A DNA stretch of 64,000 nucleotides from assembly GCA_963848835.1 (NCBI GenBank), contig CAWKFB010000017.1, forward strand, positions 89,647-153,646, read 5' to 3'. Made by a program: the position numbers and the translations under genes. The DNA is from Candidatus Aminicenantes bacterium. GTDB taxonomy: Bacteria; Acidobacteriota; Aminicenantia; Aminicenantales; UBA4085. The notes under the pieces were generated by a model that was not told where the DNA came from, searched no databases, and was given only the letters and a program-made list of their open reading frames with translations. Positions 56,486 through 64,000 of this stretch are shown in pieces (the first letter of the stretch is position 1; every line of letters begins with the position of its first letter).

Positions 56486-59400
56486 CTACTTTTTCCGCTT
56501 GTCCGGATAGGCCGGGGGCTTCGGCACTTCGACGGGGTCCTTGGCGATGAGCTCCTGGAGGTGCTTGACCGCCGCCTCGAGCTGGGCATCCTTACCCCCG
56601 AACGTCGCGTGCGGAAGGTTGTCCACGACGATGTCGGGATCGACGCCGTGCCCCTCGATCAGCCAGACCCTCTCCGGTCCGAAGACCCCCGTCTCGGCAG
56701 CCGAGGCGAGGCCGCGATCGACGAGGACGTTGCTCGAGCTCAGCCAGATCTCCCCGCCCCATGTCCGGGTCCCGATAACCTTGCCGAGGCCGAGGCGCCG
56801 GAAGCCCTCGCTGAAGGCTTCGCCGTCCGAAGCGGTGAACTCGTTGCACAGGACGACCATGTGGCCCCGGAAGGCGTGCTGCATGTTCCAGGTCGTCGCC
56901 CCGACCCGGTCCTGCCAGTAGAACCAGGCCTTGCGAAGGAGCTTCTCGAGGATCCAGGAGTCGATGTTCCCGCCCCGGTTGTGCCGGACGTCGACGATCA
57001 AACCCTTCCGGTCGAAGACGGGGTAGTAGCTCTTGACCCACTCGGTATAGTTGCCCCCGCCCATGGCCCGGAGGTGAACGTAACCGATGTCGCCCTTGCC
57101 GAGCTTCTCGGCCTCGAGGCGCCGCGTGTACTCCCACTCCGCGTAGCGGAGGTCGCTCTCGGCCCCGGGCGAGATGGGGACGACAATGGCCTTGAAGCCC
57201 GCCCCGCCCTTTCCGGGCTTGACCTCGAGAAGGACCTGGGTCCCGGCCGTGTTCCGGAGGAGGAGCGGGAGATCGGCCGCCTCCAGGGCCCGGGCCCCGT
57301 TGACGGCGACGATGACATCGCCGTCCGCGATCCCAAGGCCAGGCTTGGCCAGCGGCGAGCCGACCTCGAGGTAGTTCGGATCGGACCGGTAGATGTGCTC
57401 GATGCGGTATCCCCCGGCCGCCTCGTCCCGGACGAGCCTGGCCCCGAGCGAGGCCGGCGTGACGGACTCGGTCCCGCGGCGGCTGTCGCCGCCCCGGACG
57501 AATGTGTGGAGCGCCGAAAGCTCCCCGACGAGGTGGGCCAGAAGGTCGTTGAGCTCGTCCCGATCGCTGACCCGCTCGACGAACGGCTTGTACCGCGCCA
57601 GGAGGCCGTCGTAGTCGACGTTGTGGAGGTTCCGGTCATAGAAGTAGTCCCGCTCCATGCGCCAGGCGTCGACGAACATCTGCCGCCACTCCTCGCGCGG
57701 ATCGACGGGGAAGGTCCAGCGGGAGAGGTCGACTCGTTTTTCGGCGAGGTTAGGAGGCGCGGAGGCGGCGGCATCGATGACGAACATCTCCGAACCGCGT
57801 TGGAAGAGGAGCTTCTTGCCGTCGGCCGACAGCTCGAAAGACCGGACGTCCTCGAGCAGGACCTTGGCCTGGACGTTTCGCGCGCCGATCTCGATCGTCT
57901 TGATCCTGGGGCGGCCGGCGGCCTGGCTCTCGGAATCGGAGACGAAGATGAATTTGTCGTTGAGGACGAGACCGCCGTAGGTCCCGGCCGGGACGGGGAC
58001 CTCATGGACCCGGGACGGGATCCCGGCGAGCTCGATCTTGACCTCGGGGACCGCGGGCTTTTCGGGCTTCGCCGCCGGTTTCTCGGCCGGCTTGTCGGCT
58101 GTCTTTTCGCCCGGCTTCTCCGCCGGGACCTCCGGCTTGGCCGCGGGCTCCTTGACCTCGCCCTGGAGCTCGTCGGCCGGGGCGAACGGGAAGCGCTCCT
58201 TGGCCTGCAGGCTCACGGCGTAGATCTTGGTCGTCTTGTCGAAATAGGGCTCGGGTTGGCGCGGCCCCCAGGGGCTCCCGACGGCGCTCTGAAAATATCG
58301 GTCGGAAAGGAAATAAAGCCACTTGCCGTCCCGGCTCCAGGCCGGGTTGTAGCTGTCCACGCGGTCGTCCGTGAGCGCCGTCGTCTCGCCCGCGGCGACA
58401 CTGTAGAGCATGACCCGGCTGAAGCCGTTTTTCGCGCCGTCGGCGTAGGCCAGCCAGCGCCCGTCGTAGGACCAAGCCAGGTCCGACGGCATCCCCGCAT
58501 CGGAGACGGCGATCCGCTTCGTCGTCTTGGCCTCGATGTCGTGGACCCAGAGCTGGTAATCCTTGTCGGCGAAGGCGATCCGCTTGCCGTCCGGGGAAGG
58601 CAAGCCGTCGAAGCGGAGGACCTTGGCGCCGGAGGTGAGAGCTTCTCCGGCGCCCGTCCCGTCGGCCGGGAAGCGCTGGAACTCCCACTCGCCGCTCGCG
58701 TCCGAGAGGATGACGACGGACTTGCCGTCGGGCATGAAGCGCGCCGAGCGGCGGCGGACCCCCCCCTTCCGATCGACAGCGGCCAAACGGCCGGGGCCGG
58801 CGGGAGCGACGAAGACGCGGCCCCGCGAAACCAGGGCGACCTTGTCGCCGCTCGGTGAGAGGTGGGCCGAGGTCAGGTACTCGAGCGGGCGCGTCAGCCA
58901 CTTTTCCCTCATCTGGTCGAAGTCGGAGGGCAGGACGATGTCGATCCCGGCGTCCTTGCCGGACGCGATGTCGAAGACGCGGAGGTCCGAAACGAGCTGA
59001 TAGACGATCCGGCCGCCGGCGAGGGACGGCGAGCTGGCGTCGAGCTCCTTGTGGAAAGTGTGCTGTTTGAGGCCGCCGCCCTTAAGGTCCATCGACCACA
59101 GGTTCATGATCCCGTCGCGGTCGGTCACGAAATAAACGCGGCCGTTCCAGACCATCGGCTCCTTGCTCGTCCCGGGGTAGTCGGCCGTGAGGGGAACGGC
59201 TTCGGCCGTCCCGCCGAGCTCGTACTTCCAGAGGTTCTGGGCCGTTCCGCCCGCGTAGCGCTTGGTGTAGCTGCCCTGGAACGGGAGGCGGGTGAAGTAG
59301 AGGGTCTTCCCGGTGGGATCGAAGGCCCCGTCGGCCGCCTGGCCGAGCGGAATGACGGTCTCGCCGCGGCCCGGATCTACGAGGACGAGCCGGGCGTCGG

Positions 59401-59842
59401 GGAGGCCGGAGTACTTCTGGGTGGAGGTGATGATCTTCGCCTCGGGCGTCCAGCCGACGACGGCGACGCTCTGTCCCGAGAACGTCCGCCGGACCGGGAG
59501 CCCGCCGGCGACCGGCATGGTGTAGACTTCGGTCGGCCCCTCGTACTGGGCCGTGAAGGCGATCGTCGCGCCGTCGGGGGAGATCGCCGCCTGACTCTCG
59601 ACACCCGGATGCGTCGTCAGCCTCCGGGCGATCCCTCCCCCGGCGCCGACGGACCAGAGATCGCCTTCCGCAGTGAAGACGACGAGATCGCCGTGGACGG
59701 CGGGGAAGCGATAATAGCCTTCGCGGCCCGCGGAGGGCGCCGCGGAGCCGAAGGCCGGTCCGCCGCTCCCTCCGACGAGGATGAGGACCGCGGCCAAAAC
59801 GACAAAGCCGGAGAGGAACGCCGCCAGCCGGTTTCTTTTCAT
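56486..59842 (-). CDS. Tricorn-protease homolog (S41 family; beta-propeller, PDZ and S41 peptidase domains), secreted
   Basis: 1118-aa ORF with AAGGAGG upstream. It has a signal peptide, PD40/propeller-like repeats (e.g. WNGRVYFVTDRDGIMNLWSM), and an S41 block (VDVRHNRGGNIDSW). Confidence 0.9.
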   Translation of the reverse strand: MKRNRLAAFLSGFVVLAAVLILVGGSGGPAFGSAAPSAGREGYYRFPAVHGDLVVFTAEGDLWSVGAGGGIARRLTTHPGVESQAAISPDGATIAFTAQYEGPTEVYTMPVAGGLPVRRTFSGQSVAVVGWTPEAKIITSTQKYSGLPDARLVLVDPGRGETVIPLGQAADGAFDPTGKTLYFTRLPFQGSYTKRYAGGTAQNLWKYELGGTAEAVPLTADYPGTSKEPMVWNGRVYFVTDRDGIMNLWSMDLKGGGLKQHTFHKELDASSPSLAGGRIVYQLVSDLRVFDIASGKDAGIDIVLPSDFDQMREKWLTRPLEYLTSAHLSPSGDKVALVSRGRVFVAPAGPGRLAAVDRKGGVRRRSARFMPDGKSVVILSDASGEWEFQRFPADGTGAGEALTSGAKVLRFDGLPSPDGKRIAFADKDYQLWVHDIEAKTTKRIAVSDAGMPSDLAWSYDGRWLAYADGAKNGFSRVMLYSVAAGETTALTDDRVDSYNPAWSRDGKWLYFLSDRYFQSAVGSPWGPRQPEPYFDKTTKIYAVSLQAKERFPFAPADELQGEVKEPAAKPEVPAEKPGEKTADKPAEKPAAKPEKPAVPEVKIELAGIPSRVHEVPVPAGTYGGLVLNDKFIFVSDSESQAAGRPRIKTIEIGARNVQAKVLLEDVRSFELSADGKKLLFQRGSEMFVIDAAASAPPNLAEKRVDLSRWTFPVDPREEWRQMFVDAWRMERDYFYDRNLHNVDYDGLLARYKPFVERVSDRDELNDLLAHLVGELSALHTFVRGGDSRRGTESVTPASLGARLVRDEAAGGYRIEHIYRSDPNYLEVGSPLAKPGLGIADGDVIVAVNGARALEAADLPLLLRNTAGTQVLLEVKPGKGGAGFKAIVVPISPGAESDLRYAEWEYTRRLEAEKLGKGDIGYVHLRAMGGGNYTEWVKSYYPVFDRKGLIVDVRHNRGGNIDSWILEKLLRKAWFYWQDRVGATTWNMQHAFRGHMVVLCNEFTASDGEAFSEGFRRLGLGKVIGTRTWGGEIWLSSSNVLVDRGLASAAETGVFGPERVWLIEGHGVDPDIVVDNLPHATFGGKDAQLEAAVKHLQELIAKDPVEVPKPPAYPDKRKK

Positions 59843-59958
59843 GACGCCTCCTTCATCGCGGGACGGATCGGTGCGCGAGACGATATCTTATACGCAGGGG
59901 AATGCGGATTTCAATGGACCGCCGCCCCCGGCCGGGCTGATGCGAATGCGCGCGCAGG

Positions 59959-61191
59959 CTAGGACTTGGCGCTCGGTTTGGGTTCCGGAATCCCCAGGCT
60001 GATCCGGTTCCAGAAGCCGCCGAGGACGACGGCCAGGAGCGGGTAGAGCCGCATCGGCAGGACGCCGGCGACGAGACCGGCCAGACTGAGCAGCCCCGAG
60101 GCCACTCCCTTGGTCGACCTGTAGATCAGGGCGTCGATCGTCAGCTTGCCCCGGTAGCGGGCGGTGAACGGGAGAGGGACGTAGAGCACTTCCTTGGAAG
60201 CCCGGAAGACCGAGTAGTCCACGGTCTTCGAGAGGAACAGGGCGGCTCCCAGCACCGGGAGGATGGGCCAGAAGACGCCGACCAGGGCGGCGGCTCCGTA
60301 CAACAGCGGGATGGCGGCCAGGATGATCCGGACCGGGAAGCGGCGCAGCAGCCGGGAACACAGCCCCAGCTGGAGAACGAAGGCGACGGCGTTGACGCCT
60401 CCCCAGAAGTAGCCGAGGAAAGCCGTGCGAGGCTCCTGGAGCGGCATGGCCGCCTGCAGGCTGCGGTGGAAGGAGATGTCGAAGAGGACCGAGATCGACT
60501 GCGAAGCGACGACGATCAGAGCCAGGCGGCCGAGCGTGGGATCGGACCGCAGCAGGTCCCAGGCGAAGTGGTCGGCGAGCCGTTCCGGCTGCCGGTCGGC
60601 GGCCGTCCGCTCCGGTCCGGCCTTGCGGAACGCCCGCCGGCTCAGCAACGCCGCGGCGGCGGTCAGGGCCGCGGCGCCGACGACGATGAGCTCCGAGCCG
60701 ATCCGCTCGGACAGCAGGCCGGTGAGCAGTCCGCCCGTGACCGAGCCCGCCGTCGTGACGGCGATGATGATGCCGTTCCAACGTTTGCCGTCATCGGTCT
60801 TGAACAGGCTGTTGATGAAAGCCCAGGACTGCTCGACGATCAGCACGATATACGCCTGGGCGAAGACGTAGAGCGCGAAAGCACTGCCGGGAACGCCGCC
60901 CCGGGCGGCGAGGGCGGCACCGGCCAGCAGCAGCGCCGAAACGACCAGGGTGAGGCCGTACGTGGCGGAGGGGCCGACGCGGCGGAGGAGCCAGCTGACG
61001 GCGAAGGTGAGGACGATCATCGCCGGCGGCACCAGGATCAGCGCTTCGGTCAGCCGGCTGCCCGGATGGTGGGCCAGGAAGATGGACGACGCCGCGGAGC
61101 GGACCATTTCGTAGCCCATCAGGGCCAGGGTGGCGGCGCCGAGGAGGGTCGCCACCGCGGGAAGGAGCTTGGGCCGATCGCTCATCCCCAC
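59959..61191 (-). CDS. TLC/Npt-type (ATP:ADP antiporter-like) MFS-fold transporter homolog
   Basis: 410-aa polytopic ORF. By my recall, these blocks resemble the TLC family: YIVLIVEQSWAFINSLFKTDDGKRWNGIIIAVTTAGSVTGG and SKEVLYVPLPFTARYRGKLTIDALIYRSTKG. Substrate unknown. Confidence 0.55.
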   Translation of the reverse strand: MGMSDRPKLLPAVATLLGAATLALMGYEMVRSAASSIFLAHHPGSRLTEALILVPPAMIVLTFAVSWLLRRVGPSATYGLTLVVSALLLAGAALAARGGVPGSAFALYVFAQAYIVLIVEQSWAFINSLFKTDDGKRWNGIIIAVTTAGSVTGGLLTGLLSERIGSELIVVGAAALTAAAALLSRRAFRKAGPERTAADRQPERLADHFAWDLLRSDPTLGRLALIVVASQSISVLFDISFHRSLQAAMPLQEPRTAFLGYFWGGVNAVAFVLQLGLCSRLLRRFPVRIILAAIPLLYGAAALVGVFWPILPVLGAALFLSKTVDYSVFRASKEVLYVPLPFTARYRGKLTIDALIYRSTKGVASGLLSLAGLVAGVLPMRLYPLLAVVLGGFWNRISLGIPEPKPSAKS

Positions 61192-61250
61192 AATTTACCA
61201 CATAATGCCGCCTTTTTCGCCGGCCTGGGGTCAAGGAGGAGGGGAAAGAT

Positions 61251-62661
61251 TCACTTGGCCTTGACGGCCTTGTAATCCGTCGCCATCGAGCGGTAAAGAA
61301 GATGGGAGATCCTCCCCCGCTCATCCTTGACGAACGTCACCCGGCCGCCGAACGTCCGGTCGTAAAATTGCGTCCCGGTCATCGGCACGAGCCAGGATAA
61401 TCCGCCCGAGCTCCAGCGCATGGCCAAATGACCTCCGCTCTCCTGAACGGTCAGCACGCCATTCGGCAGGAAAAAGTCCGGACCGCCCTTGTAAACCCCC
61501 AGGTACGCCGCCGTCGTCCCGAAATCGATCTTTAGGTTCATCTTCACGCCGAACATTTCATAAGGCTCGCCGAAGGCGATCTTCGCGATATCCTCGATCA
61601 TGAAGCTCGCGGCGCCGGAGTAGTTGTTGCTCAAGACGATGACGCAGGCGTCGTCGTCGACGTAACGCTGGATCTCGCCCTGGAAGCCGGGGCTCCGTCC
61701 GCTCATCCGGACGCACTTTCGGTCGAGCCGCTTGCCGATGAACCATCCGTAGCCCACGGATCCATCCACGTGGGGGGTGAAGATCGCTCTCGAGCGATGC
61801 CCGCGAGAGGATCTTTTCCGAATACAGGGCCCGGTCCCAGGCGTAGAGGTCCCCGATCGTCGTGTAGATCGACCCGTTCCCGGTCTTGATGGTCCAGTCG
61901 AGGTAGGGGGTCTTCTCGAGACCGTCATACCCCGCCGGCGTGTAGCCCGAAGCGGCGTTCCTGACCAGCGCCGCGGCATCGCCGTCGTGGGCCGTGTCCT
62001 TCATTCCGAGGGGATCGAAGATGCTCTCCCTCAAAAAATCGCCGTAGCTCCGGCCGGAAGCTTTCTCGACGATGAAGGCGAGGACATTATAGTTCGAGTT
62101 GCTGTATTCATAGCGCGCCCCGGGCTCGAAATTCAGCGGCCGGTTCTTGAAGAATCCGATCAGGCTCGCGGGGGTCTGGGGGAAGCGAGACCACTGCTCA
62201 TACTCGGGAAAATTGTTGACGTTCGGGATTCCCGACGTGTGCACGAGGAGGTGATGAATCGTCATCTTCTCGCCGTTCGGGTAATCCGGGAGATATTTCG
62301 ACAGCGGATCCTGGACTTTAAGCGCGCCCCGCTCCTCGAGAATCATGACCGCCGCGGCGGTGAACGTCTTCGAGATCGAGGCGATATGGAATTTCGTCCG
62401 CGGCGTGTTCGGGACGTCGAGCTCGTAATTCGCCATGCCGAAGCCCTTGGCCAGCAGGACGCGGCCTCCCCGGGCGATCAGGATCGCGCCGTTGAAGGCT
62501 TTGATGTCGAGGTAGGGCTTGACGTAGGCGTCGACCTTCGCCTCGATATCGGATCCTCTCGCGGCCTGGCCCGCGCTTGCCGAAAATCCCTGAACCCAGC
62601 CGGCTCCGGCCATGAGGGAGAGAACGGCACCGAAGATGAGCGCGCAATTGATCTTTTTCAT
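61251..62661 (-). CDS. Secreted beta-lactamase-fold serine hydrolase (class C/DD-peptidase-like). One apparent frameshift near 61785-61800.
   Basis: ORF 61558..62661 has a signal peptide, an SxxK motif (SISKTF) and YEYSNSNY. After ...YSEKILSRASLE the sensible reading moves to ORF 61251..61979 (IFTPHVDGSVGYGWFIGK...). Confidence 0.8.
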
Positions 62662-62833
62662 GGTTTCTATATATCGATACGGCTGGATTCGAAATCGGTT
62701 TGCGCGAGCGCTCCCTCCAACCGCCGAAGCCGCCGCGAGAGAGCCTTGACATCATGAAAAAGAGGGCCTGAGTTCGGCGATATCAGCGGACAGGACCCTG
62801 ACGCCATGAACATCGGCCCCGACGAGGGTGGAC

Positions 62834-64000
62834 ATGAATGAAATCGCGGCGGCCGAACCGGCCGCGAGCAGCCCGGCGAGAAGATACGACCTGGATTGGC
62901 TCCGCGTCGCGGCCTTCGCCGGGGTCTTCTTTTATCACAGCGCCCGCTTCTTCAACAGCAACGGCTGGCACGTCAAGAACGCCCAAACCAGCGCCGCGGC
63001 GGACATCCTCACCGGATTCTTCGAGCCGTGGGGCATGCCGCTCATCTTCGCCGTCTCCGGTGCGAGCATCTTCTTCGCCCTGCGTCCCGGCGGAGCCGCC
63101 CGCTTCCTGCTCGAACGGGGCCTGCGTCTGCTCGTGCCCATGGCCCTGGGCATCCTCATCCTCGCTCCGCCGCAGATCTATCTGGAGCGCCTGACGCATG
63201 GCGATTTCCGCGGCACCTTCCTGGAGTTTTTGCCTCGCTACTTCAAGAGCGACCTCGCCTGGACGGGCGTCCATCTCTGGTATCTGGAATATCTCTTTCT
63301 CTTCACTCTCTTCCTCACCCCGCTGTTCGCTTGGTTGAAGCGTCCTTCCGCCCAACACGCGCTCGGCCCTCTCGGCCGATTCTCCGCCCGGCGGGGCGGG
63401 ATCTTCCTTTGGGCGGTCCCGTTCGTCCTCGTCGCCGGCTTGGTGGATCCGTTCGGCCTGCTGAAGCCGGCGCCGGCCGAAGCGCTCGTCCGCCTGGTCA
63501 TGTTCCCGCTCTTTGTCGTCTGCGGCTTCCTGATCTTCGCCGATGACGGCATCCAGCGGGCGATCATCCGGCAAAGATGGGCTTCTCTCGTCCTGGCCCT
63601 GGTCCTCTCGCTCATGCCGCCGATCGTCTCGAAGGGAATCGAGGATTGGGGATGGAAGCTCGACCGGCCGGGCTACATATTGATCATGGCCGCGGGGGGA
63701 TTTCTCATCTGGTCATACCTGCTCGCGTTCATCGGTTTCGCGATGCGCCGCGCGAACGTCAACAGCCGTCGGCTGGCCTACGCCAACGAGGCCGTCCTGC
63801 CGTTCTACATCCTCCATCAACCTGTGATCCTGTCCATCGGCTATTTCGTCGTCCACACGAATCTCCCGATAGCGGTGAAATACCTTCTGATCGCCCTGCC
63901 GGCGTTCGCCGTCACCCTGGGGCTGTACGAGTTCGCCGTCCGCCGTTGGAATCCGGCCCGGCGCCTCTTCGGCCTCAAGCCGCGGGATCCCGCCGGATCC
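62834..64000 (+). CDS. Acyltransferase-3 family membrane protein. Only the 5' part is present (389 codons); the gene runs off the window end.
   Basis: This is my translation and is not in the ORF track. ATG 62834 follows GAGG and an in-frame TGA at 62807. The product reads MNEIAAAEPAASSPARRYDLDWLRVAAFAGVFFYHSARFF... It is polytopic and open to nt 64000. Confidence 0.7.
   Translation, partial: MNEIAAAEPAASSPARRYDLDWLRVAAFAGVFFYHSARFFNSNGWHVKNAQTSAAADILTGFFEPWGMPLIFAVSGASIFFALRPGGAARFLLERGLRLLVPMALGILILAPPQIYLERLTHGDFRGTFLEFLPRYFKSDLAWTGVHLWYLEYLFLFTLFLTPLFAWLKRPSAQHALGPLGRFSARRGGIFLWAVPFVLVAGLVDPFGLLKPAPAEALVRLVMFPLFVVCGFLIFADDGIQRAIIRQRWASLVLALVLSLMPPIVSKGIEDWGWKLDRPGYILIMAAGGFLIWSYLLAFIGFAMRRANVNSRRLAYANEAVLPFYILHQPVILSIGYFVVHTNLPIAVKYLLIALPAFAVTLGLYEFAVRRWNPARRLFGLKPRDPAGS

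Overview
This is a 64-kb, high-GC, gene-dense bacterial chromosomal segment. The gene content looks like an uncultivated Acidobacteria/Aminicenantes-type organism, but that is a guess I cannot verify here. I recognise about 45 protein-coding genes on both strands. I found no rRNA, tRNA, CRISPR array, transposase or integrase.

Content:
- Two paralogous zinc-ribbon Ser/Thr kinases with TPR ectodomains flank ettA.
- A minus-strand operon encodes a giant multihaem cytochrome c (53-56 CXXCH motifs, built from c7-like modules), a His-rich membrane protein and a membrane-anchored 2x[4Fe-4S] flavoprotein.
- A 1634-aa tandem-duplicated UvrA-like ATPase and a monomeric isocitrate dehydrogenase.
- Many secreted glycosidases (GH2, GH29, GH127-like) and peptidases (M28, M20, C69, tricorn S41, two beta-lactamase-fold hydrolases).
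- A MacA/MacB-type efflux pair, an SDR/NADP-oxidoreductase/DoxX cassette, and DinB.

Most notable observations:
1. An in-frame TGA at 55079 is followed 11 nt later by an 8-bp hairpin with a GGU loop. It sits at the CxxC position of a secreted thioredoxin-fold/TPR protein. This is a probable selenoprotein that the ORF track splits into two ORFs.
2. The cytochrome operon is a candidate trans-envelope electron conduit.
3. The cytochrome gene contains near-identical 222-nt tandem coding repeats.
4. Frameshifting indels are strikingly concentrated at 8.4-12.9 kb, with isolated ones in ettA, an aminotransferase and a beta-lactamase-fold gene. The simplest explanation is assembly or sequencing indels in G/C runs.

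Long ORFs antisense to real genes are GC-driven shadow ORFs.
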